32,000 nt of DNA from Nostoc linckia NIES-25 (lineage in GTDB: Bacteria; Cyanobacteriota; Cyanobacteriia; Cyanobacteriales; Nostocaceae), in assembly GCA_002368035.1 (NCBI GenBank), contig AP018222.1:2879079-2911078 (forward strand), read 5' to 3'. A model generated the notes under the pieces. The model ran no database searches, was not told where the DNA came from, and saw only the letters and a list, made by a program, of their open reading frames with translations. Below are positions 24,104 through 32,000 of this stretch, piece after piece. The position numbers were made by a program, and so were the translations under genes. Position 1 is the stretch's first letter. Each line of letters begins with the position of its first letter.

Positions 24104-25024
24104 TTAGACTTTAGTTCCTACAGCTAGCCGTATTCCCCAGAATAAGACTAAAGTTGCAATAGCAAGCCAGTCAAGGCGTTTTAATCGTAAGTCGTGCCAC
24201 TGGACTCGATGTTCGTTGGGACTGGTAAAACCCCGCACCATCATTGCATTTGCCATTTGTTCGGCTCGCAAGAGGAGATTATCTAACAATCTCTCTGCTA
24301 CTGTCATCCAAACCTTAAATGCTCCTTTTAATCCCAGCTTTTTCCAATTGATTGCCCTTGTCATTACAGAACGGAATAAGTTTTGTACTTCTTCTAAAAC
24401 TAAGGGAATAAAGCGCAAAGATAAAGTTAAAGTTAAAGCAATTTCTGTAACAGGCAACTTGAAACGCCGTAGGGGCTGCATTAAGCTTTCTATGCCAGAT
24501 GTAATTTCTTCTGGTGCGGTTGTCAGTAGATACAGATTGGTGCTGTAAATCACGGTAAATATAATCGAACTCAGACTAACTCCTAATTCCAAAGAACGGC
24601 GAGTTACTCTGACTGGGCCTTTATGAAATAGCACGTAGCTGTATTTTTGCCCTTCGCTTGTCTCTTCTTGAGCTACATTATTGGAGTTTGCTGGCTGGGT
24701 TAATATCTGTTCGTTTGCTGGTAGGCGTGGCTGATAATCTACACCCATTGCATCGGGGCTAACGGCAGCGATCGCTAAGACGAAAAATGATAGCATTAAC
24801 AGCCAACCCATTTGTTGCCGCCATACTCGTCGGGGAATTTTTGCAAGTAAGGTAGCAATAATCAATATTACCACCAACAGCACCCGCCATAAGTTGTTTG
24901 CTAATACATAGCTGGTTAAAAAGCTCATCAACCAGGCAAACTTGACTCGCGGATCGATTTTATGCAACCAAGTTTGGGGTTGTTCTAAATAAAGTCCAAG
25001 TGGTAGCGATCGCAGTAAATCCAT
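24104..25024 (-). CDS. ecfT: energy-coupling factor (ECF) transporter transmembrane T component (CbiQ family)
   Basis: A 306-aa polytopic membrane protein with a CbiQ/EcfT-like C-terminal region (LRAEQMANAMMVRGF). It carries a hydrophilic insertion (about PRLPANEQ...EGQKYSY). Confidence 0.75.
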   Translation of the reverse strand: MDLLRSLPLGLYLEQPQTWLHKIDPRVKFAWLMSFLTSYVLANNLWRVLLVVILIIATLLAKIPRRVWRQQMGWLLMLSFFVLAIAAVSPDAMGVDYQPRLPANEQILTQPANSNNVAQEETSEGQKYSYVLFHKGPVRVTRRSLELGVSLSSIIFTVIYSTNLYLLTTAPEEITSGIESLMQPLRRFKLPVTEIALTLTLSLRFIPLVLEEVQNLFRSVMTRAINWKKLGLKGAFKVWMTVAERLLDNLLLRAEQMANAMMVRGFTSPNEHRVQWHDLRLKRLDWLAIATLVLFWGIRLAVGTKV

Positions 25025-25030
25025 TTTATA

Positions 25031-25072
25031 GTTAAGAGTTAAGAATTAGGAGTGAGGAGTTACGAGTTTTGA
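25031..25072. repeat. heptamer array GTTAAGA/ATTAGGA/GTGAGGA/GTTACGA
   Basis: 7-nt periodicity. It is partly complementary to the array at 25149-25183. Confidence 0.8.
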
Positions 25073-25148
25073 CTTTAACTCATAAATCTCGCCTTCTGCC
25101 GCTATCAAACTCAAGTCGATAGGGTTGTATAGTTAGCAATTTTGGCTT

Positions 25149-25183
25149 TAACTCATAACTCCTAACTCATAACTCCTAACTTG
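25149..25183. repeat. heptamer array TAACTCA/TAACTCC x5
   Basis: 7-nt periodicity, ending 1 nt before the der stop codon (25185-25187). Confidence 0.85.
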
Positions 25184-25184
25184 A

Positions 25185-26546
25185 TTACACGCGTGTTGCT
25201 CGATTAACACTACTACTTTCAACATCACGAACTTTTTTACTCCGCCAAAGCAAACGAATGGGGCTACCTTTAAATCCTAGCTGTTCCCGGAATTGGCGCT
25301 CAATGTAGCGGCGGTAGTTGTCGTTAAAGCGTTTGGCGTCGTTGACAAATAAGGCGATGGTTGGCGGTTGGCTACTCACTTGTGTTCCATAATAAATCTT
25401 GCCCTGACGCCCACTTCGGGATGCTGGCGGTGAATGCCAACTCACAGCGTCTGTTAAAACTTCATTAATAACTGATGTGCTGACTCGGCGTTTGTGAGAT
25501 TCCGCCGCCGTGTTTACTAAATCTAGAATCTTTTCTACCCGTTGTCCTGACAAGGCACTCACAAAAATTGTTTCTGCCCATTCGGTAAAATGTAACCGCG
25601 CTTGGAGACTTTTTTCGTAGTCGTAGATTGTGTAAGAGTCTTTCTCCACAGCATCCCACTTATTAACTACGATGATGCAAGCTCGACCTTCGTCAATAAT
25701 CCGCCCAGCTAATTTTTGGTCTTGCTCTGTGACTCCATCCAAGGCATCTAGTACTAATAAAACCACGTCAGCGCGGCGAATTGCTTTGAAGGCGCGGTTA
25801 ATACTAAAAAATTCTGTGCCGTATTCTATTTGTTTCTTTTTGCGAATGCCGGCGGTGTCAATCAAGCGATAGGTTTGCCCGTCTCGCTCAACAACGGTAT
25901 CAATTGCATCGCGGGTTGTACCGGAAATCGGGCTGACAATTGCTCTTTCTTCGCCAACAAAAGCATTGAGTAAACTAGATTTGCCCACGTTTGGGCGTCC
26001 CACAATTGCAACTTTGATTTCGTTACTTTCTGGGATTTCTCCAACAAGAGGTATGTGATTAATTAACTCATCGAGTAACTCTCCAGTGCCGCTGCCATGA
26101 ATGGCTGAGATGGCATAAGGTTCGCCCAATCCCAATTCCCAAAATTCAGCAGCTTGGATTAAGCCTTGTTCTGGAGATTCACATTTATTGACAGCTAACA
26201 GCACGGGTACGGGTTGCTGGCGCAACCAAGTAGCGATTTCTTGGTCTGCGGATGTGGGGCCTGTTTGACCATCGACTACAAAAATAGCAGCACTCGCTTC
26301 AGAGAGGGCTGTCATTGCCTGTTGGCGAATCAGTGGTAAAAATTCCGTATCATCATTAAAAACTAAACCACCGGTGTCTACCACCAAAAATTCGCGATCG
26401 CGCCAGTAAGCATCCATATAAGTGCGATCGCGCGTCACCCCCGGTTCATCATGGACAATCGCCGTTTGTTCCCCGGCGAGACGATTAACCAGGGTAGATT
26501 TGCCCACATTTGGGCGTCCGATAATAGCAACAATTGGCAGTCCCAT
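25185..26546 (-). CDS. der: ribosome-associated GTPase Der (EngA)
   Basis: Two tandem GTPase domains, each with GRPNVGKS (residues about 10 and about 183), followed by a KH-like C-terminal domain. Confidence 0.95.
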   Translation of the reverse strand: MGLPIVAIIGRPNVGKSTLVNRLAGEQTAIVHDEPGVTRDRTYMDAYWRDREFLVVDTGGLVFNDDTEFLPLIRQQAMTALSEASAAIFVVDGQTGPTSADQEIATWLRQQPVPVLLAVNKCESPEQGLIQAAEFWELGLGEPYAISAIHGSGTGELLDELINHIPLVGEIPESNEIKVAIVGRPNVGKSSLLNAFVGEERAIVSPISGTTRDAIDTVVERDGQTYRLIDTAGIRKKKQIEYGTEFFSINRAFKAIRRADVVLLVLDALDGVTEQDQKLAGRIIDEGRACIIVVNKWDAVEKDSYTIYDYEKSLQARLHFTEWAETIFVSALSGQRVEKILDLVNTAAESHKRRVSTSVINEVLTDAVSWHSPPASRSGRQGKIYYGTQVSSQPPTIALFVNDAKRFNDNYRRYIERQFREQLGFKGSPIRLLWRSKKVRDVESSSVNRATRV

Positions 26547-27102
26547 AAAACCAGGGTAAGTGAGAGATGTAGTATATCACATACTTACATTTTACTCACT
26601 TTCAACTATAAGTTTTAATTTAGTTTTCTAACTAAAATTTCAAGCGAGTGCCAGCCTTGGCAAAGAAGGAGTATAAAAAACAATTAATTAAAATTTTTTG
26701 TATTGGTCACGACATCTAAAAAATAGTAAGTCTTTTATGCTACTAAGCGAGGTTATAAATCCTCTTTTCAGCAATTAACTTAAGTGTAAATACGGCGATT
26801 TTGGTGTGTCAGCCATCAAGATTTATAGACTTTTCTTGACTAAGACTATACCCAAAATTTTAGTGAGTTATCACTAAGTAAAAGTTAGTTAATAACGAAT
26901 TTTTTAGTATCTGATATTATAACTCGTTTGTAATATCAAATATTAATAAATCCGTTGCATCTAGCTGCCATACTTGTTTTTCATTGTATGGGATACATGT
27001 TTTTAGAGGAGTGTAATACTTTGCACTCCTTAAAATTCTTGCATACATAGGATAAAACCATACCCAGATTGAGTAAATTTTTGTAGGAGTGAAATAAATC
27101 AG

Positions 27103-28341
27103 ATGAATCTGTGCAAACAACGTCAGAGCAAGAATAAGGGATTAATTTTAACTTCGCTAACTATTTTGGCTTTGCCATTAGTATTACCCTTGCAAAAAGC
27201 TGCTGCCTTCTCATTTTCTCCGGTCATAAATTTTAACGGCACTAATGGAGCTGAGCCAAGAGCGGGGGTACTTAAGGGCAGCGATAACAATCTTTATGGA
27301 ACTACTTCTCAAGGAGGCTCTTCTGCCAACAATGGAACTGCATTCAAGTTAAGCGGTCCGACACTGACGACGCTGACGACACTGATCAACTTTAACGGAA
27401 CAGGCGCGCCCAGAGGGACTAATCCAGTGGCGAGGTTATTCCAGACAGCCGATGGCACATTATATGGGGTAACTGCTACAGGTGGCACAAGTAACCTCGG
27501 TACCATATTTAAGCTAGCATCACCTTCTTTTACAACCCTAACAACTCTTGTAGATTTTACTGGTATCCTTGGGTCTAAATTAGGGTCTAATCCAGCGGGG
27601 AGGTTGATTTCAGGTAGCGATGGCAATCTTTGGGGGACAACCTCCACAGGTGGAGTCAATAATTTAGGAACTATATTTAAGGTTACACCTGCTGGTGTAC
27701 TCACAACTGTCGCCACCTTCAATGGTACTAATGGAGCAATTCCATTGGCAAGATTGCAACTAGCAAGTGATGGAAAATACTACGGCACAGGCTCTGAAGG
27801 TGGAGCTACAGATAGGGGAGTTGTGTTCAGGTATGATTCTACGGCTGCGACACTGACTGTCTCTAGCTTTAATGGGGCGAATGGGGAAGCTCCGCAGTCT
27901 GGATTAATTGAAGTAACTGAAGGAGCTAACAAATTCATCTACGGTACTACTAGGCGGGGTGGAAGCAGCAATAAAGGTGTTATTTTTAAAATTCCGCTCG
28001 GTTTTACTTCGACTACAGCCCCGACTTTAGTTAGCAGTTTTGGTGGCACTAATGGGGCTAAACCAACAGCAGCACTCACACCAGGAACAGCTGGGATTTT
28101 CTATGGTACAACTTCTGCTGGTGGGGTAAATGGCACAGGAGTTATCTATAAACTGACGACTACAGTGACTCCTCCAACTATCACCACATTATATAGTTTT
28201 AATGCCCTTGGTGCTGGTGGTACTAATGTGGGTGGAGCAAGGCCAGAGTCTACGCTAATCCCAGTTGGAACTGATTATTACGGTACTGCCTCTGGTGGTG
28301 GTACTTCTGGGCGAGGAACGGTGTTTAAATTTACGCCATAG
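27103..28341 (+). CDS. secreted protein with seven GloVer-type (Gloeo_Verruco) tandem repeats
   Basis: A signal-like N-terminus (LILTSLTILALPLVLPLQKAAA) is followed by seven repeats of about 50-55 aa. Their pattern is FNGTNGA.P...L....DG.LYGTT..GG....G(T/V)(I/V)FK(L/I), the signature of 'choice-of-anchor tandem repeat GloVer' proteins. No C-terminal sorting signal is present. Confidence 0.75.
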   Translation: MNLCKQRQSKNKGLILTSLTILALPLVLPLQKAAAFSFSPVINFNGTNGAEPRAGVLKGSDNNLYGTTSQGGSSANNGTAFKLSGPTLTTLTTLINFNGTGAPRGTNPVARLFQTADGTLYGVTATGGTSNLGTIFKLASPSFTTLTTLVDFTGILGSKLGSNPAGRLISGSDGNLWGTTSTGGVNNLGTIFKVTPAGVLTTVATFNGTNGAIPLARLQLASDGKYYGTGSEGGATDRGVVFRYDSTAATLTVSSFNGANGEAPQSGLIEVTEGANKFIYGTTRRGGSSNKGVIFKIPLGFTSTTAPTLVSSFGGTNGAKPTAALTPGTAGIFYGTTSAGGVNGTGVIYKLTTTVTPPTITTLYSFNALGAGGTNVGGARPESTLIPVGTDYYGTASGGGTSGRGTVFKFTP

Positions 28342-28950
28342 TTTTCAGGACAATTTACTTGCCAAATAAATGGTAGAACGTAGATGAAAAAAATCTAGAT
28401 TTTTCACTTCAGCTTCGCCGACTGCAAGAACTTTATTCATCGATGAGATATTTTTATTTGGCAGTCCCCAGAGATGCGAAATTTCGCGTCTCTACATTTT
28501 TATATCTCTACATTTTTATAGTTATATGCTGAGTAAAAACCCACTTGCCTCAAGGCTTTGGGCAATCAATAGTGTGTTTAATATTATGTCTGGCTAATCA
28601 TATCAGGTTCGTCTAATTAGTCACGATAAAAACTTTGCATACTTCTTTGCGCGGCAGTCGCTCATGGGGGAAACCCCCAAGACCGCGCTGCCTTGCCTTT
28701 GCGCCTTTGCGTGAGATTTAATCATAACTATTTTGCCGAACATGATCTCACTTATGATTACCGCATCTGTGCAAAAATCCCAAAAGCCTCTTTTTCCCTG
28801 CTCCCTGCCCTCTAAATGATAAGTCTAACCGGACACGATATATAGCAAGCAACAAGCTTGGGAAAGTCTTTTTGTATCAGGGTTTGACGAGCGGGTTATG
28901 TCCTAAACTATGCTTCGACTGCTATAACCTATGTGAATACGGCTATATAA

Positions 28951-28977
28951 ATAAAAAAAGGTAGGTCTCCCTACCTC
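28951..28977 (-). terminator. Rho-independent terminator for the site-2 protease gene
   Basis: The minus strand reads GGTAGG-GAGA-CCTACC followed by TTTTTTTAT. The stem lies at 28960-28975 and the U-tract at 28953-28959, about 100 nt after the stop at 29073. Confidence 0.6.
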
Positions 28978-29072
28978 GAACCCAAAAAAAGCATTTTGTA
29001 ACCAAATACCAGATCAAATATCACACAGGTTTTTGACAAATCCATTGCAAAACTATGACGAAGGTGTGACAC

Positions 29073-30269
29073 TTAATTTTCGGTGGATTTCGCAATTGAC
29101 CCAAGTTGTAACCCAGGCGGATAACTACCTTCTTGTTTGGTACGGTTGATTTCAGCATCCGTTATCCGCAAATTTAATTTTTGTGCTAACGCTCGTACAA
29201 TATCTCCCTTGTCAATCACACCAGCTACAGCACCAGCAGGAGAAAGTACGGTAATCCAAGGTAATTGCTGATTTTCTAGTTTGTTAATTACCTCAGCTAG
29301 AGGGGTAGACTCGCTAACATGAGGTATTTCTGCTAGGGGACGGGCAATGTTGCGTACAGTTTGAGTTTCCCATTGACTTCTTTCAATTAAACGCAAATCG
29401 TCGATGGAAACCAAACCCCGGTAACGTCCATCAGAAGCAGCAAAATAAACTTGTAAGGGGGCTGTTTCCAATAGGTATAAATCGGCAAAGGAACGCAATG
29501 TCTGGTCGGCATCAACTACTCGATAATCGCGGGTCATGGCATCGGCCGCCACGACCTTCAACAAGCTTTCTTGCAATGTGGTCACGTTGTCATAGCTGTT
29601 AGCGTTGCGGACAGCAAACCAACCCAACAGGGCAACCCACAAACCAAGTACTAACTCTCTGGTTAAGAAATCTATAACAAATCCTAAGGCGATCGCACTG
29701 TAACCCAAAATCTGCCCGGCTCTTGCAGCCCAGTGTACCGCTTGGAAACGATTACCTGTTACTTGCCATAGTGCTGCTTTTAACACTTGCCCTCCATCTA
29801 GAGGTAAACCGGGAATCATGTTAAATAGCGCCAAAACTAAGTTAATTCTTGCCAAATCTTCCACCATCATACCGATCGTACTAGTATCAGGTAAAACAGT
29901 GGCTACCAAACGTAGCAGGAAAAAGAGTACGATACTCACCACAGGGCCAGCGATCGCTACTTGAAAAGCTTGTGCTGGAGTTTTAGATTCTTCTTCGATA
30001 GCAGCGATACCGCCAAACAAAAACAGAGTAATAGAGTTAACTTTAATCCCTTGCGATCGCGCTACTAAGCTGTGACCCAATTCATGTAACAACACCGAAC
30101 CAAATAGCAGCAGTGCCATAACTATTCCGGCACTCCAAGCTATAACATTCCCCCATTCTTGGTAAGCTACCCCAAAATTCAGAGTTGCCAACCCTAAAAT
30201 CACAAACCACAGCGGGTCTAAAAACAGAGGAATTCCAAACAAAGACCCTATTTTCCAATTTGTTTGCAT
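29073..30269 (-). CDS. site-2 protease family (peptidase M50) with tandem CBS domains
   Basis: Has the HExxH motif HELGH in a TM segment, a second motif region NMIPGLPLDGG, and a C-terminal CBS pair (MTRDYRVVDAD... / VLSPAGAVAGVIDKGDIV). Confidence 0.88.
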   Translation of the reverse strand: MQTNWKIGSLFGIPLFLDPLWFVILGLATLNFGVAYQEWGNVIAWSAGIVMALLLFGSVLLHELGHSLVARSQGIKVNSITLFLFGGIAAIEEESKTPAQAFQVAIAGPVVSIVLFFLLRLVATVLPDTSTIGMMVEDLARINLVLALFNMIPGLPLDGGQVLKAALWQVTGNRFQAVHWAARAGQILGYSAIALGFVIDFLTRELVLGLWVALLGWFAVRNANSYDNVTTLQESLLKVVAADAMTRDYRVVDADQTLRSFADLYLLETAPLQVYFAASDGRYRGLVSIDDLRLIERSQWETQTVRNIARPLAEIPHVSESTPLAEVINKLENQQLPWITVLSPAGAVAGVIDKGDIVRALAQKLNLRITDAEINRTKQEGSYPPGLQLGSIAKSTEN

Positions 30270-30481
30270 TACATTGTCCTAAAACTAAATATTTCCAATA
30301 GCTCCTACACCGTAATTTTTCGTAAATTTTGGTAAATATAACAGGCAACAGGCAATAGGTTTGAAAGGCTTTTTAGCTATATATCTTCTAAGCATCATTG
30401 AATTGATGCTCAGTTATCAAATGCTCCAATTTCTAGAATAGACAATTAATGCCTGCGAGCAAAAGTGGGGAGGGGGTGAAT

Positions 30482-30523
30482 GGGGCATGGGGCATGGGGC
30501 ATGGGGCATTGGGCATTGGGCAA
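30482..30523. repeat. heptamer array GGGGCAT x4, TGGGCAT, TGGGCAA
   Basis: 7-nt periodicity. Confidence 0.9.
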
Positions 30524-30529
30524 GGGGAA

Positions 30530-30775
30530 AAGGGGAAGGGGGAAGGGGGAAAGGAAAGATCTCTGTTTTCCCTTTAACCTTTACCCTTTTCCCTTAGCGA
30601 AGCCATTAGGCAAGCGGTAAAGGGGAAGGGGGAAAGGAAAGATCTCTGTTTTCCCTTTAACCTTTACCCTTTTCCCTTAGCGAAGCCATTAGGCAAGCGG
30701 TAAAGGGGAAGGGGGAAAGGAAAGATCTCTGTTTTCCCTTTAACCTTTACCCTTTTCCTTTCGCGAAGCCATTTC
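30530..30775. repeat. tandem triplication of an 83-bp unit containing a G-run/C-run hairpin
   Basis: GATCTCTG recurs at 30558, 30641 and 30724. (A/C)GCGAAGCCATT recurs at 30596, 30679 and 30762. The period is exactly 83 nt and units 2 and 3 differ at only one or two bases. Confidence 0.95.
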
Positions 30776-30849
30776 CCCATCTTCCCACTCTCCACTCCCC
30801 TTATCTTCACCAATCAGATGGAAAAATCAAATTTAAATAATGCCGATAT

Positions 30850-31170
30850 TTAGTCAATGCCAAAATCGTGCCAATATCGATCGAGTGGCTTTCGCTCATC
30901 GCTGGCTACCAGGAATGTAGAGACACTGGAATTATTCAACAGCGATGGGAAAGGCAAAGGCATCTTAGACCCCACACAAGGATAGCGAATTGTCTGAGAA
31001 TCATCAAAATACACAGTAGACAAGCGCCAACCATCATCAGCACTATATTCCAGTACCATTGTGTGGAAGTTCTGGGTACAGTAACTTGGACTGCTAAGTA
31101 GGTAGACATAATTAAATGTAAGATGCTGAACTCCAGAAACTAGATAAGATAACTCTTTTCCCTTCTGCAC
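30850..31170 (-). CDS. hypothetical protein (106 aa)
   Basis: The ORF is co-directional with psaK and the site-2 protease gene. No family recognised. It competes with the plus-strand ORF 30868..31101, which looks less protein-like. Confidence 0.35.
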   Translation of the reverse strand: MQKGKELSYLVSGVQHLTFNYVYLLSSPSYCTQNFHTMVLEYSADDGWRLSTVYFDDSQTIRYPCVGSKMPLPFPSLLNNSSVSTFLVASDERKPLDRYWHDFGID

Positions 31171-31488
31171 TTCGGCTAAGCTCAGCGTAAACCATCTGCC
31201 TTCTTCCTTCTGCCTTGTACTTAATAGTATTAATAAGATTGTGGTTCTTTCTCGTGCATGAATTAACTCATTGAGTCAGAGATCGGGGAATAATCCCGTC
31301 CCTCAAGCTACGTAAATCCTCGGCTGGTAAAGTAGTTGAATCCTCTCTAAGGAAAGATTAGTACTTCCCTCTTGAGTTAAAGCAACTACACCAAGGCTGA
31401 CTAGCTGATGCTCGCTCGTTCTTCTTGCCGGAGAAAGAACCAGAATTGTTAATGCAACGTTAGAAGCAAGGCTTCTGTAATGTCAAAC

Positions 31489-31743
31489 TTACAGACGGCC
31501 GATGTTAGTTAGCCCTAAAACAATGCCAACGCCGATAATATGACCAAAAGCCATCGCTGCGATGAATGTTGGAATACTGACTGGCAGAATAGGGAGTTTG
31601 GGGCCAACTAAGGGTTTTTCAATCCTAGTACTTAGCAAAAGAACTACCAGGCTACTAACGCTGATAATGATTCCTACTGCGGGAGTCCAACCGGGTGTTG
31701 GAGGAACAGATGCCGCCACTGCTAATAAAGTAGATGAAATCAA
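31489..31743 (-). CDS. psaK: photosystem I reaction centre subunit PsaK
   Basis: 84 aa with two TM helices and the C-terminal motif AFGHIIGVGIVLGLTNIGRL, characteristic of PsaK. Confidence 0.85.
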   Translation of the reverse strand: MISSTLLAVAASVPPTPGWTPAVGIIISVSSLVVLLLSTRIEKPLVGPKLPILPVSIPTFIAAMAFGHIIGVGIVLGLTNIGRL

Positions 31744-31863
31744 GCTTTTGTCTCCTAAATAGAAGCTTAATGTAGACCTACAAGATTATAAAGTTAGCAG
31801 GCGCAAAAGTTTTTGAGATAGTTTAGACTTTTCTGATGATTGTTTTAAAATTGTGAAATTTTG

Positions 31864-32000
31864 ATGCGCGTTAAGATTTGCGGTATTACTCAACCAGAGC
31901 AATCTATAGCGATCGCCTCTCTTGGCGCAACGGCACTAGGATTTATTTGCGTGCCTACTTCACCTCGGTATGTGACTACATCCCAAATTCAAGCAGCGAT
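31864..32000 (+). CDS. trpF: phosphoribosylanthranilate isomerase, N-terminal part (continues beyond the window)
   Basis: The ATG at 31864 gives [37 protein letters not shown], open to the window end. KICGIT and GFI....SPR are TrpF hallmarks. Confidence 0.8.
   Translation, partial: MRVKICGITQPEQSIAIASLGATALGFICVPTSPRYVTTSQIQAA

Noticed and set aside
26917-27120. ORF 26917..27120 (minus) overlapping the start of the GloVer gene.
   Set aside because: It sits in an AT-rich promoter region, has an aromatic and Ile-rich composition typical of AT-rich random ORFs, and overlaps a well-supported start codon.
30530-30775. Could the 83-bp x3 array (and the 21-bp x7 array at 8820-8966) be CRISPR arrays?
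   Set aside because: The sequence between the hairpin cores is itself repeated, so there are no unique spacers. The periods (83 and 21 nt) and unit structure do not fit a repeat-spacer architecture, and no cas genes or leader are nearby.
30868-31101. Plus-strand ORF 30868..31101 as the real gene instead of 30850..31170 (minus).
   Set aside because: The minus-strand ORF is longer, co-directional with its neighbours and more globular in composition. Neither is strongly supported, so the minus ORF is reported with low confidence only.

Overview
This is a chromosomal segment from a filamentous, Nostocales-type cyanobacterium. The HIP1 octamer GCGATCGC recurs throughout (e.g. 137-144, 4128-4135, 14589-14596, 19155-19162, 24040-24047). 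Heptameric STRR-type arrays (GGGGACT, GGGCATT, AATGACT, TAACTCN) fill most intergenic spacers, and the cyanobacteria-specific genes pipX and psaK are present.

Core genes: hemD (5' partial), coaE, tldD-family peptidase, ileS, a Ski2-like DExH helicase, the proC-sepF-pipY-pipX block, ecfT, der, an M50/CBS site-2 protease, psaK and trpF (3' partial).

Two stretches look accessory:
- 3.85-5.1 kb holds a VapB-like antitoxin gene, a vapC toxin gene killed by one amber codon, and an HTH antitoxin remnant.
- About 8.0-16.5 kb, between ileS and the helicase, holds a MITE, a 7 x 21-bp tandem array, a PaO-type Rieske oxygenase, an NLR-like NB-ARC/TPR STAND NTPase, a parDE pair and two small secreted proteins.

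The strongest candidate for a new system is at 10449-13760. A 144-aa all-helical protein with a hydrophobic N-terminal helix and an Ile/Asn/Gln/Glu beta-like tail lies in the same reading frame as the NB-ARC/TPR protein, separated by a single TGA. NB-ARC homology (FVGRETEL) continues upstream of the annotated ATG. The TPR sensor is ten near-identical 126-bp units with variation focused on a few codons, and the protein ends in a predicted membrane anchor. This resembles Bell/HeLo-type executioner plus NLR cell-death modules, but it cannot be confirmed without searches.

Other notable items:
- A heavily decayed trpE/pabB-family pseudogene carries a MITE insertion with a clean TAAATA target duplication.
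- ATG-bearing heptamer arrays run directly into the coaE and proC start codons and create TAATG-coupled mini-uORFs.
- An 83-bp hairpin unit is triplicated in tandem.
- A seven-repeat GloVer-type secreted protein is present.

I saw no rRNA, tRNA or CRISPR array.
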